This document shows positions 8,433 through 18,433 of a stretch of 64,000 nucleotides of DNA, one piece after another. Every line of letters begins with the position of its first letter. Within the stretch, counting starts at the first letter, position 1. The stretch is taken from the IMG/VR virus record IMGVR_UViG_3300035698_035310, positions 124,001-188,000 of that record; one strand, 5' to 3'. The notes under the pieces were generated by a model that did not search any database, was not told the origin of the DNA, and worked only from the letters and a program-made list of their open reading frames with translations. Position numbers and translations under genes: made by a program.

Positions 8433-9512
8433 ATGCAAGAATTTGAAACACAGATTAAAGAAATTAGACAACAGATTAAAAATGGTGATGTTGATCAGGA
8501 TGCGATTGCTGATGTGTTACAAAAATCTGGTATGGATATTGGTGATCTTGGTATTGACATCGATATGGAAAATGCCAAACTTTCTGATATCATGCAACAA
8601 CAAGAAGTTATGACTGGTAACATTGCTGGTTTGATTGTTGATTTGGATGGTGTTACCTCTGCCTTTGGTAGCCAGTTTAATGAAATGAAAGAAAAAACTG
8701 CGCTTGAAACGATTGTTGGTATTTTTATGAAATCCAAATCGATTGAAATGAGCCAAACACGTGTTCGTAATACTGATATCAGCGGCAACTTGAATGAGTT
8801 GATTCGTAAATCAGATACGATCACAACCATTCTCCAACAACAGTTGGAAGTTCTGGACGGCAGATTTAATATTTCTAAAGACAGCCTTAAAGGCGTATTA
8901 TCTGATCGTGAACAAACTGTTGGCGAACTTACTGATACACGTGAAAAGATTTCGGCACTTGATCCGAGACTCATTGAAGCGGAACAAGCAGTTGAAAACG
9001 AAGCAGACCCCAAATTGCGCACACAAAAAGAAACTGCGTTGCAATTGTTGAATGAAGAATACAACACACTTGTTAATGATGAGCAGCGGCTTACTGCACT
9101 TTCACAGACGCAAGAAAAATATGTGGAAATGTATAAAACGTTTGTTGATTCATTGGAGAACCAACGTTCTACGCAGATGGTGTTGATTGCCAAGTTGCAA
9201 ACAGACACGAAGCATCGTACTGTATTATATGATGCGTTAGCCAAATCATTGGTTACTGCATCACAGCAAGAAGTTGCTCATAAAATCAACGACATCGGTT
9301 CAGCGGTTGATAATGAATCACAAGTAACAATGGCAAATCTTGGTTCGGCGGCAAACAATCGCATGGCAGATATGATGGAATCACATGATGGCAATATGCT
9401 CGTTGCTAAAAAGGTTCAAGAAGAGAAAGCGAAAGCGGATGATCGTTTTGAGCGACGGTTTGGTGAAATTATGAAAAAGCACGATGCTGGAGAATATGGC
9501 AAAGCTGCTTAA
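8433..9512 (+). CDS. long coiled-coil protein
   Basis: 359 aa, helical heptad-like composition, GGAG SD. Confidence 0.75.
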   Translation: MQEFETQIKEIRQQIKNGDVDQDAIADVLQKSGMDIGDLGIDIDMENAKLSDIMQQQEVMTGNIAGLIVDLDGVTSAFGSQFNEMKEKTALETIVGIFMKSKSIEMSQTRVRNTDISGNLNELIRKSDTITTILQQQLEVLDGRFNISKDSLKGVLSDREQTVGELTDTREKISALDPRLIEAEQAVENEADPKLRTQKETALQLLNEEYNTLVNDEQRLTALSQTQEKYVEMYKTFVDSLENQRSTQMVLIAKLQTDTKHRTVLYDALAKSLVTASQQEVAHKINDIGSAVDNESQVTMANLGSAANNRMADMMESHDGNMLVAKKVQEEKAKADDRFERRFGEIMKKHDAGEYGKAA

Positions 9513-9549
9513 TCAATAGTTTTTATCTAAGATTAGAAAGGGATAGATT

Positions 9550-10707
9550 ATGAATAATGCGCGAGTAGTACAACAAGCAAATGACGAACACTTTGAGTTA
9601 ACTGACAATGCTGAAACGAAAAGATATTTTGCTAAATTCTCGCGCATTATTTCCCTTTTGAGTTCGATATCGGAATCAGAACGCAAAGCACATAAAGAAG
9701 ATTATGAAGCCGACATTATCATTGATGAATTAAGAAAGTTGTCGAATACATTCGAAGCATTATCGATGAAGTATTTGTTTACAGGTGTTGTTCACAATAA
9801 ACTACCAAAAAATCTTGAGATTGACACAACCGATTCTGGATTTCCGGTATTTCATGAGATATTACAACTTGAAAATGATATGAGCCGGGCAACTGATGAA
9901 TTTGATTCGTTGCCAGATTTTAAAACATTTAAAGATGATATGATCGATCACATGTTAAAGTATCGCACACCCGCCCGTGAATTGCAATTTGGTATGTCAC
10001 AAAAATGTTATTATGATTTGTTGACGCAGCGACGCATGTTTGTTACACGCAATATGCCAACGATTGTTCCAATTGCAACAGAAGGCGACAACGAACTTAC
10101 TTCAAAAAATAAAAAATATCTTATTCATTGGAGTGTTTATGATAGCGCCAAAAACTATCCTAATGTTTATATCATGGTTGTAGAAGATTCTGCCAAACGT
10201 TTTGGTGAGAATACATTGTTGGACGATCCTGAAATATTGAAAGAACTTAAAGATACCATTCTAAATCAATCATTGTCATCATTGAAAATGGTAACGATTG
10301 CGATGAATATCGACAAAGATTTTGAACACTTGCATCCATTAAGTTTGAAACGGATTTATATTGGACCAATGTATAGCAATCGTTATACACACCACAATGA
10401 TAACATCCAACGGGTTCTTAAAGAAGCAAAGCAGGGTTCAGATTGGGTGTTTGCATGGACGGTAGAAACATTGCTTTCAAAAGGAACCAAGACAATCAAG
10501 AAAGGATTGTTTGGCGACCAATTGCTTCAAGTGTATTATGTTGATCAGCACGATCATGAATCATTCCAAAGCGGTAGCACTGAAACTGAGTATCATATGG
10601 TATTACCATACGAATCGTATCAGTGTTTACACGAAGACCCAACCAATCCATTGCATGGAATTTTCATCAAGGTGGTTGATAAAGATGGGCGGATATTGGA
10701 ATTATGA
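9550..10707 (+). CDS. hypothetical protein of the DUF2333/AAA/DUF6638 cluster
   Basis: 385-aa ORF directly following the coiled-coil gene. Confidence 0.75.
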   Translation: MNNARVVQQANDEHFELTDNAETKRYFAKFSRIISLLSSISESERKAHKEDYEADIIIDELRKLSNTFEALSMKYLFTGVVHNKLPKNLEIDTTDSGFPVFHEILQLENDMSRATDEFDSLPDFKTFKDDMIDHMLKYRTPARELQFGMSQKCYYDLLTQRRMFVTRNMPTIVPIATEGDNELTSKNKKYLIHWSVYDSAKNYPNVYIMVVEDSAKRFGENTLLDDPEILKELKDTILNQSLSSLKMVTIAMNIDKDFEHLHPLSLKRIYIGPMYSNRYTHHNDNIQRVLKEAKQGSDWVFAWTVETLLSKGTKTIKKGLFGDQLLQVYYVDQHDHESFQSGSTETEYHMVLPYESYQCLHEDPTNPLHGIFIKVVDKDGRILEL

Positions 10708-10931
10708 TACATTTTGATTTTGTATTAAGTGATGTCGATGCAGAGAATTTAATGTCTTTATTCGGTACTGCTATTGGCAATGATAATAATCAAATCATGA
10801 AAGAGATGGTTAAAGACGACCATGATGTTGATATCATTAAAGCATACAAACGCGATATTGAATATTTAAAAGAGTTGAAACTCAAAATGTCGAATACGCG
10901 GGTTGCAGAAAATGAAATCATTGCCGAGTAA
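10704..10931 (+). CDS. hypothetical protein
   Basis: ATGA overlap with the upstream gene. Confidence 0.6.
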   Translation: MIHFDFVLSDVDAENLMSLFGTAIGNDNNQIMKEMVKDDHDVDIIKAYKRDIEYLKELKLKMSNTRVAENEIIAE

Positions 10932-11116
10932 AGGTCATTTATTTTGGCGCAAAGAATTTTATTCTATGTGTTCTAAACATCAGATTAATAATCCCGATTG
11001 TTCATTGTGTAAAAATGGTAGATGGTGTAATGTATGGAAGCAGCACGTATCGCATATAATATTTATGATTGCTCCAGAGTTGTGGCGTTGGTGGGTTAAT
11101 AAAAGGAGATCGTAAT

Positions 11117-11302
11117 ATGGCATCATTTTCAAAAGAAGAATACATTGCTTATTTGACTAGCAAAATGAAACATCGATGCACAAGATATAAACGTGCTTCT
11201 GATGATAATCAACTTATCAAAAATGATTTGGATATCATATACGATGAACTATCAGAGTTGGAAACAATTATGAATAGTTCTAGAGACACATTTTACTTAT
11301 AG
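11117..11302 (+). CDS. hypothetical protein
   Basis: AAGGAG SD before ATG 11117 (in frame with track ORF 11069). Confidence 0.65.
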   Translation: MASFSKEEYIAYLTSKMKHRCTRYKRASDDNQLIKNDLDIIYDELSELETIMNSSRDTFYL

Positions 11303-11313
11303 GAGATTGTGAT

Positions 11314-11523
11314 ATGACTTTATTATATTTTAATGACGAAGAAAATGCTGCGATTGAAGAATTGGCGGCAAAACAAGGTCTTAGTTGTGCTGGTGTGTTA
11401 CGCCAAGCAGTTCGGCTATATCAACAAGCGCACCATGAACTTGAAAAGGGAAATCAACTTGGTTATTATAATGCACAAGGGAATCGAGTGATTGATAAGC
11501 CGTTTGGATGCATGGGCGATTAA
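11314..11523 (+). CDS. ribbon-helix-helix (CopG-like) small DNA-binding protein
   Basis: LYFNDEENAAIEELAAKQGLSCAGVLRQAV pattern. Confidence 0.55.
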   Translation: MTLLYFNDEENAAIEELAAKQGLSCAGVLRQAVRLYQQAHHELEKGNQLGYYNAQGNRVIDKPFGCMGD

Positions 11524-11531
11524 TAAAGCAC

Positions 11532-11559
11532 TTGACGAATATTGTATTGCGAGTATAAT
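11532..11559 (+). promoter_or_regulatory. sigma70-type promoter
   Basis: TTGACG-N16-TATAAT upstream of the AAA gene. Confidence 0.55.
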
Positions 11560-11602
11560 GTAATCAAACGCCCTATAATGAATGAAATGGAGATAAAGAA
11601 CA

Positions 11603-13525
11603 ATGGATAAAAATTTAATGGAAATCAAAGAAGCAGACATTCTTAAACATTATACATCGGTGTTTGGATTGGTTACTGACTTCAGTTATACTCCTAAAGC
11701 CAAAAAAGATTCAGGCACAGAAGAAGTAGTTTCCGATACCACATACGTTCGTCGCACTAAGCGTTCTCATGTGTCGGGTATTAAATCAACTGGTTCTAAA
11801 TCTAGTGTTGCATTAATGGATACAATCGAAGGCGTTGATGGTGATGATCCGTTGATTACCGAAATTCAAAGCCATATGATTCGTGTCATTCGCCGTGCTA
11901 TGGCTATTGCCAGTGAAGTGGTAGACGTGTTTGGAAATTCAACTAATCTCAATCGTCTTAAAGAAGCAAATGGCAATGGACGTGTTTCCGAAATTGAACG
12001 AATTGAATTTCAAGAATTATTGAACACTGCGTCATTGATTGGATTGTTTGTTACCACAAGTTATGTAACATTTATTCTTTCTGATTATATGACCGACAGT
12101 GACACCATGCAAATTTCCATCGATCCAACCGAAGAAATTGTAATTGACAATCCGGTTATCGCACTGAAAGGCGCACTATGGGAACTTGATGACAATATTA
12201 AAAAATACGCAAAAGATGATATTACGCTAGTCCGCGTAGTGAAAGATTATTTTGCACAGTTGATGGCTGAATTGCAAATTCGTAAATCAGGAATTCGTCA
12301 CGCCGAAGTATTCATTGACAATAACTATCGGGTTGAAGAAGATAAATTTGACATCATTGGTTTTGATACAGCCAAAAAAGGTAAATCAACCAAACTTATT
12401 ATGCAATTTGTTAGACCAGATCAAGTTGTTGGTAATCACATCGCGAAATATCAAGCATTAAAATTAGCAAAAATGGTTGCACTATATGATTTCACACGCC
12501 AACGTAATCCGATATTGGATGTTGCTGGATTTCCACTTGGTGTTATTGGCGACGGTAATCCTGGAACTGGTAAGACAACTCTTTATCAAATGTTTTGTGG
12601 ATTGGTTAATGATTATGCACAGGCGCAAAATCGCCCATTCGTTGTTGAAGTGTTTACGCCTGATATGATTAGTTCATATCAAGGTAAAACCGCACAGAAC
12701 GCTAAACAGGCGCTAACAAGCGGTATGGACCCACACGTATTCGGCAGTGTGCTGTTTGATGATGTCGATCAAACGACAGCAAGCCGTGGTGATGATAAAG
12801 CATCCGCTGGACAACAAGAAGTAACGTCGGTTCTTATGGAAACACTTGCTGGTGCCAATACAATCATCCGTGGGAACGCTTCTGCCTTTTTGTTTAGTAA
12901 TTATCCAGAAAAAGTAGATGACGCCCTACGGCAGCGATGTGGGCTTCGTTGGTTGGTTGATGGGCCACAAACATTGGAAGATTATCAAGATATTCTTGCT
13001 TTATTGTTGGGTAAAAATCATACACTTGACTTGGGTGGTATTGAGTTGTATACTACACAAGATATCAAGAAAGCGATTGGACGTAGTTACGAGAAGCATA
13101 ATCGCCCCACAGAAACTGCATTGATTGAAGTATTTGATCGCGTAGTTGATGAACAGGGCGAGTTGAATACCATCGAAAAAGTTGGTATTTACCTGAAAGC
13201 GATTCAAGGTGCTGATCCACGATTTACAGGTCGATCAATTAAGAATATTACCGATACTTGTAAAATGCGTTCGGCTGATTTTGAAGTTCCTGACGAATGG
13301 GTTGAAAATCCAGAAGTATTTGTTGAACTTGACTATGATCGCAAGGTTGATATGCTTAAAGAGTTAGTTACGCCTATTACAAGCGAAATGGTTTTACAAG
13401 AAACTAACCGTTATGCTGATTCAGAGTTTCGTTATTCTGATAAAAGCGATGAAGCCGAAATTGTAAATATGGTTCGTTATCACCATAATAAAACTGAGGC
13501 TGACAAACGTATCAGAAATGATTGA
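11603..13525 (+). CDS. AAA+ ATPase
   Basis: Walker A GNPGTGKT, Walker B VLFDDVDQ, sensor/Arg-finger FSNYPEKVDDALRQR. Confidence 0.9.
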   Translation: MDKNLMEIKEADILKHYTSVFGLVTDFSYTPKAKKDSGTEEVVSDTTYVRRTKRSHVSGIKSTGSKSSVALMDTIEGVDGDDPLITEIQSHMIRVIRRAMAIASEVVDVFGNSTNLNRLKEANGNGRVSEIERIEFQELLNTASLIGLFVTTSYVTFILSDYMTDSDTMQISIDPTEEIVIDNPVIALKGALWELDDNIKKYAKDDITLVRVVKDYFAQLMAELQIRKSGIRHAEVFIDNNYRVEEDKFDIIGFDTAKKGKSTKLIMQFVRPDQVVGNHIAKYQALKLAKMVALYDFTRQRNPILDVAGFPLGVIGDGNPGTGKTTLYQMFCGLVNDYAQAQNRPFVVEVFTPDMISSYQGKTAQNAKQALTSGMDPHVFGSVLFDDVDQTTASRGDDKASAGQQEVTSVLMETLAGANTIIRGNASAFLFSNYPEKVDDALRQRCGLRWLVDGPQTLEDYQDILALLLGKNHTLDLGGIELYTTQDIKKAIGRSYEKHNRPTETALIEVFDRVVDEQGELNTIEKVGIYLKAIQGADPRFTGRSIKNITDTCKMRSADFEVPDEWVENPEVFVELDYDRKVDMLKELVTPITSEMVLQETNRYADSEFRYSDKSDEAEIVNMVRYHHNKTEADKRIRND

Positions 13526-13541
13526 TTGAAGGGATAAAATA

Positions 13542-14819
13542 ATGCAATTACTTGTCGATAATGAGTTAAAGTATGGAAATTTGTTGTTGGTTGATTCTGC
13601 ACATTTAATCGCACGGTATAATCGTGCATTGAATGTTATATGTGGAAAAAAGACCGAGTTGGAAATTTTTCATATTGATGGCAGTGGATATAGCCCCGAA
13701 GTCGCGAAAGAACTCGACGATAAAGAATATATGAATCCACACGGTGTTAATAAGAAAATCATCATTTTGTCATTAGAACAAGAAGGTCTTCCAGTATTGG
13801 ATTCTTATTTCTCCACTACACGTGATTTGATTAGACGATTTATTCAAGATAATAAATCTGAACTTTTTGCACTAACGAGTCGTGATGTGGTTTATGGCGA
13901 ACTGGAGAATTCAACATTCAAAATTGAAAGTTTCACGGATTTGCTATGTATTAAACGCATCATATTTGAAATCAATACAGTTGGTGATTCCATCAAAAAA
14001 GGAAAACAGCTTACCAGTTTGATTAAATCATTTATGGTTAACGATAATATGTGGCATGATGAAAAAACGGTTGAAGAGATTATTGGGTTATCATCTGTGG
14101 TTGGTGATATTCGTCGACACCAAGTGACGCCGTCGCACACCGAATATAAACAAATCAATTTTTATTCACGGCATTACGGCGGCGTATATGTATTCAATCA
14201 CGACAATGGTGATTATACAGTTATTGCGCATGAAGAACAATACAGAAAAGAGGCTGAAACTTGTCATTTAAATGTTAAATTCATCCACATAGATGATAAA
14301 AAAGAAGTGATTGCATTTTTAAAGAAGAATAACATCGTTGAGATGTATAGTGATCGATATTTGCGCAAGAATATAGATTTGATGCGTGAAAAAATTAATT
14401 TCATCGCAATTGATCATATGTCACAGACGCACACAGACGCAGATTTGACGGATATTAGCGATGATGAAATTAAAAAATATATTTATGATCACTATGATGA
14501 GTTACCTAAAGAGTTCCGCGTTCTTTCAAAAGCAGTAAAATTGATTGATAACGGATATTCTGTGGATTTGGAATCTGGTTCTGATGATATATTTTTCTAC
14601 TTTGCTCGTTCTAGCGATCACGATCTCAAAGATTTGGTTAATCAATTGATTGCGTATTACACGCCGTTAGATTTTCTAAATGTGTTTATATCCAACAAAC
14701 GTGCTTTTTATGAGTTGTATGACGAGTGGTCCAATAGTAAAAAATCATTTGTTGTTAATTACTTGGTTAGAGAATATCAACAAGATAAACACAGAATTAA
14801 AGGTAAATTCTTTGGGTAA
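13542..14819 (+). CDS. DUF6638 family protein
   Basis: YGNLLLVDSAHLIARYNRAL, FHIDGSGYSPE, LFALTSRDVVYGEL, NFYSRHYGGVYVF recalled as family motifs. Confidence 0.7.
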   Translation: MQLLVDNELKYGNLLLVDSAHLIARYNRALNVICGKKTELEIFHIDGSGYSPEVAKELDDKEYMNPHGVNKKIIILSLEQEGLPVLDSYFSTTRDLIRRFIQDNKSELFALTSRDVVYGELENSTFKIESFTDLLCIKRIIFEINTVGDSIKKGKQLTSLIKSFMVNDNMWHDEKTVEEIIGLSSVVGDIRRHQVTPSHTEYKQINFYSRHYGGVYVFNHDNGDYTVIAHEEQYRKEAETCHLNVKFIHIDDKKEVIAFLKKNNIVEMYSDRYLRKNIDLMREKINFIAIDHMSQTHTDADLTDISDDEIKKYIYDHYDELPKEFRVLSKAVKLIDNGYSVDLESGSDDIFFYFARSSDHDLKDLVNQLIAYYTPLDFLNVFISNKRAFYELYDEWSNSKKSFVVNYLVREYQQDKHRIKGKFFG

Positions 14820-14835
14820 TGCAAAATATCGATAT

Positions 14836-15477
14836 ATGAAAACTCGCGAACAACAATGGAAATATGATGTTGAGGCAGTAATATGTAGATTGGAGCAATA
14901 CACTAAACTCGCAGTGCATAATATATATAATTTTTCTCACGACCATGAAGTAATGCGTTATGGATTGTATAAAACATGCAATTATAAAATGACAAAAAAT
15001 AAATGGTATGTTACATTAATGCGGTGGATTAAAACTGAAGATGTATTTGGGCCGTTTGATTCTAAAAAAGAAGCAGAAGAATATATCGAAATTAACCATG
15101 TTATATATTTAACATCGGGAACCAAATTTGATGAGTTAAAAAAAGGCAACGCAATGAATAATTTAGAAGCAGAAAGCAAAGAAGCAATCGTGGATTGGAT
15201 TAAAGAAAATAGCGGATATGTGTATTCACAATTTACATTTGTAAAACAAACCGAAGACGAAATATTACCAACAGTTGACGAGTTTGAAAAAAATTTATAT
15301 AATGTAGCTGAATGGTTGCTTGAATCCGAAGAAGTGTTATCTGATGAAAATAGAGACAATTATCCAGATGCAGAATATCATCAAAAATATATTTTTGGTC
15401 CACTTGATGGTAATTTATATGCACACACCTTTTCAAATGAAAGTGGTGATATTCTATATGTAGTTGTCGGATCGTAA
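14836..15477 (+). CDS. hypothetical protein (may be two in-frame genes)
   Basis: ATG 14836 avoids a long overlap with DUF6638; internal MNNLE after AAGG suggests a second start. Confidence 0.55.
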   Translation: MKTREQQWKYDVEAVICRLEQYTKLAVHNIYNFSHDHEVMRYGLYKTCNYKMTKNKWYVTLMRWIKTEDVFGPFDSKKEAEEYIEINHVIYLTSGTKFDELKKGNAMNNLEAESKEAIVDWIKENSGYVYSQFTFVKQTEDEILPTVDEFEKNLYNVAEWLLESEEVLSDENRDNYPDAEYHQKYIFGPLDGNLYAHTFSNESGDILYVVVGS

Positions 15478-15561
15478 AAATAATCTATATATATTAAAAC
15501 CGTATAATATAACTGATAAATATATCATAAATATTAAACCGAAACAGTTGAGGATAAAACA

Positions 15562-16437
15562 TTGTTTACAGGATATGAAAGTTGGGTGGAGCAATATTTC
15601 AAAGATATTGAATCATCAGAAAAAGTCGTTATTTGTTGTAACGATACATCTGCGTGGAAAATGTATCCAGACTATAATTGGGTGTACAATAAACTTGAGT
15701 TATGCAAATCACAAAATATAGAATCTGGCCCACATGGCGTAAAGCCATCATTTGAACCTGTTTTTAGTAAACCAGTTATTAATTTATATGGTCAAAATCG
15801 TCGTGCGTTGAAAATATTCAGTTGGGAAGATGCGGAGTATTATCCTGGACATTTTTGGATGCCGGTATTTAATGGAACACATCTATCGTCTGATATGGCT
15901 TTGGTTGATGGCGTAAGTCAATGGTGTTATACAATGCAAGCATTTGAAAACGATGACGGGCAATTAACAAGGTATGAATCTGCAAATGGCGAATTTGAAG
16001 AATTGGTTGACAAAGCAAAACTTTGGGCACTGACTAATTTAAAAGGTTATACAGGTATCGTTAATATAGAAACCATAAATGGTAAAATTATTGATTGTCA
16101 TTTGCGTATGATGCCACGATTGGTTGATTTATATAGCGAGGGTTGGTTGGAAGCAGTTTCTATATTATATGACAAACAAACATGGACTTTTAATCGTGGC
16201 ACTGAAAGTGGATACAGTTATACGTTACGTGCATCAGAAAATGGAACATGTTTGATATCTGATAAGGATCGATTTGATGAAATAAAAAACACAGTGAGTT
16301 CTATTCAAAAAATATTTAAAAACGATTGTAATATAGTAAAAAATGGGAGACTTGTAATAGTTAATGGATGCGATGCAACAATAGTAAATGATGCAATAAA
16401 TGAACTTAATGAAATTATTATTTTGACTGATGAATAG
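15562..16437 (+). CDS. ATP-grasp-like hypothetical protein
   Basis: PVFSKPVINLYG, GHFWMPVFNGTHLSSD, YTGIVNIETINGKIIDCHLR. Confidence 0.45.
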   Translation: MFTGYESWVEQYFKDIESSEKVVICCNDTSAWKMYPDYNWVYNKLELCKSQNIESGPHGVKPSFEPVFSKPVINLYGQNRRALKIFSWEDAEYYPGHFWMPVFNGTHLSSDMALVDGVSQWCYTMQAFENDDGQLTRYESANGEFEELVDKAKLWALTNLKGYTGIVNIETINGKIIDCHLRMMPRLVDLYSEGWLEAVSILYDKQTWTFNRGTESGYSYTLRASENGTCLISDKDRFDEIKNTVSSIQKIFKNDCNIVKNGRLVIVNGCDATIVNDAINELNEIIILTDE

Positions 16438-16481
16438 ACAGTGTGTTATTATATATAAAATAACATAATGGAATATTATAA

Positions 16482-17282
16482 ATGACAAAAATTCAAGAAT
16501 TTCTACAAGAAGCTACCGTAATAGATACCGAAACTACCGGCGTAAATTTTAAAGAAGATGAAGTAGTCGAAGTTGCAGGTGGACGTTTAATAAATGATGA
16601 ATGGAAAGTTGAATCGCTTCTCATGGGTTCAAATAATCCAGTTCCACCCGGTGCAAGTGCCGTTAATAACATCAGTAATAAAATGATTGCAGGGCTACCA
16701 AAATTTGATCAATGCATAGAAACTATAAATGATATTGTACATGTAGATTCAACAAAATATATGGTTGCACATAACTCCAATTTTGATAGACGAATGATGC
16801 TTGTTTCTTATGAACGAGCAAATGATACAGTATTCAATAAATTCGAAATTCAAGAAGATTGGATTTGCACATGGAAACTGGCACAACAATTATATCCAAA
16901 AGATGGTGTGATGAAATACAGTTTGGCGTATTTGCGATACTATCTTGAGTTAGACATCAGTGATGATATGCTTGCTCACCGCGCTGGCGCAGATGTTACA
17001 ATGTGTGGCATATTGCTTCAACGATTGATAGAAGAAGCCATCAAGCAAGATAAAATCGATGATACACAAGACATTGGTACACAATTACAAAAACTTTGTT
17101 GGCAACGAATGAATATAGATTTATGGCCTTTAGGAAAGCACAAAGGAACTAAGATATCAGAAGTTCCAACAAAATATCTCATGTGGTGCACCGATAAAAT
17201 TGATTTATTGGATGAAACTCACACTAAATTCGATAAAGATTTATTCACTTCAGTAGTAAAAGTATTAGAATCGAGGCTGTAA
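16482..17282 (+). CDS. DEDDh 3'-5' exonuclease (ExoX/DnaQ-like) with C-terminal DUF3820-like domain
   Basis: IDTETTG, VAHNSNFD, HRAGAD; WPLGKHKG...VPTKYLMW. Confidence 0.85.
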   Translation: MTKIQEFLQEATVIDTETTGVNFKEDEVVEVAGGRLINDEWKVESLLMGSNNPVPPGASAVNNISNKMIAGLPKFDQCIETINDIVHVDSTKYMVAHNSNFDRRMMLVSYERANDTVFNKFEIQEDWICTWKLAQQLYPKDGVMKYSLAYLRYYLELDISDDMLAHRAGADVTMCGILLQRLIEEAIKQDKIDDTQDIGTQLQKLCWQRMNIDLWPLGKHKGTKISEVPTKYLMWCTDKIDLLDETHTKFDKDLFTSVVKVLESRL

Positions 17283-17325
17283 TAGCCGGTTTTTAATAAA
17301 TATCATTAGATCAAAGGGAGATTTA

Positions 17326-17844
17326 ATGATGTTTGGATTGGGTACACTTGGAACTAAATTAATTATTGCTGGTATTGTAGTTGCCGTTATTAGTACTGCT
17401 GTTGGTGGGTTTTTTCTTTATCAAAAAAGCATTGTTTCGGATTTGCAAGATAAAATAGACTTTCAGGCTGAAGAAATAACGACGCTGACTGGCAATGTTA
17501 TAAAGTTGAAGGCAAGCAATGAAAGCTTGGAGTTACAGGCAACAAAAAAAGCAGCAGAAACAAAAGCAGCGTATGCTGAAATAACACGCTTGCGTGTGGT
17601 AGACAGCGAATCTACGGCTCGGGTTAATGAAGTGGAAAGTATACTTCGTGATAGTAATAGAAATAAACAATTAGATTCTGTCAGAAAATCTAAAAGAGCT
17701 AGTTTTCTACTTAGATTGATGGATTTGGATGCTACATGTCAAGTTGTTAATTTCGATAATGTTAATGGAAAATGCGTAAGAGGAAAATGGGTTCCAAAAG
17801 GAGAAAGAGTTATTGAGTTGGAGGTAAAATCCGATGAAAAATAA
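17326..17844 (+). CDS. probable inner-membrane spanin (Rz-like)
   Basis: N-terminal TM helix, long coiled coil, C-terminal Cys pair; overlaps a lipoprotein gene; AATAAATA box upstream. Confidence 0.55.
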   Translation: MMFGLGTLGTKLIIAGIVVAVISTAVGGFFLYQKSIVSDLQDKIDFQAEEITTLTGNVIKLKASNESLELQATKKAAETKAAYAEITRLRVVDSESTARVNEVESILRDSNRNKQLDSVRKSKRASFLLRLMDLDATCQVVNFDNVNGKCVRGKWVPKGERVIELEVKSDEK

Positions 17845-18394
17845 CATTTTATATGCCGTAGTATTATTGATGGTGTTAACTGGATGTGAACAAGTGCAAA
17901 AAACTGAATCTATTAAATTGGTAACTGCTACCACTTATCCTGAATTACCAGACATCGAACCATTATCTGATCCGGGGTTACTACCATGGAAACATAATAT
18001 GCCACGCGATATGGAAGTTATGTCAGTTATAAACAACACTGCATGTCGTAAAGTTAAAACCAAAATAAATGAACGCATACCTTATGTGGTTGAACCTGTT
18101 GAAGAACAAACTAAAACATGGTGGAAAAAATGTGGTGAGCATCCAATATTTCCAGAAACTAATATTCATGTTGGTTTCGATTTAGAAAATTGGAATATAG
18201 TACTTTCTAATTTATTCAAATTAAAAGAACGCAATTGGCAGTATAAACAACGTGTATTGGAAATAAATAATCAACGCGAAACATGGCGCAATCAAGCAGA
18301 GCGCGAACGTATAAAAATACCCATAGAACCACCAAAAAAAGAAGAACCAAAAGAAGAAAAATCGTTTTTTAAATCATTGTTCAGTGACGATTAA
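17834..18394 (+). CDS. lipoprotein, probable outer-membrane spanin (Rz1-like)
   Basis: signal peptide with lipobox VLTG-C, Pro-rich segment; 11-nt overlap with the upstream gene. Confidence 0.55.
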   Translation: MKNNILYAVVLLMVLTGCEQVQKTESIKLVTATTYPELPDIEPLSDPGLLPWKHNMPRDMEVMSVINNTACRKVKTKINERIPYVVEPVEEQTKTWWKKCGEHPIFPETNIHVGFDLENWNIVLSNLFKLKERNWQYKQRVLEINNQRETWRNQAERERIKIPIEPPKKEEPKEEKSFFKSLFSDD

Positions 18395-18398
18395 GTTA

Positions 18399-18427
18399 TT
18401 GACAAATATGCATTATTGACGTATATT
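18399..18427 (+). promoter_or_regulatory. sigma70-type promoter; predicted leaderless dnaJ transcript
   Basis: TTGACA-N17-TATATT; ATG lies 7 nt after the -10 box. Confidence 0.5.
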
Positions 18428-18433
18428 ATATCT

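Noticed and set aside
14680-14835. Track start of ORF 14680-15477
   Set aside because: Overlaps DUF6638 by 140 nt; ATG 14836 is more plausible. Similar over-extensions were corrected at 27574, 36235, 39413, 40887, 44492, 45550, 46418, 63211, 63360 and 63578.
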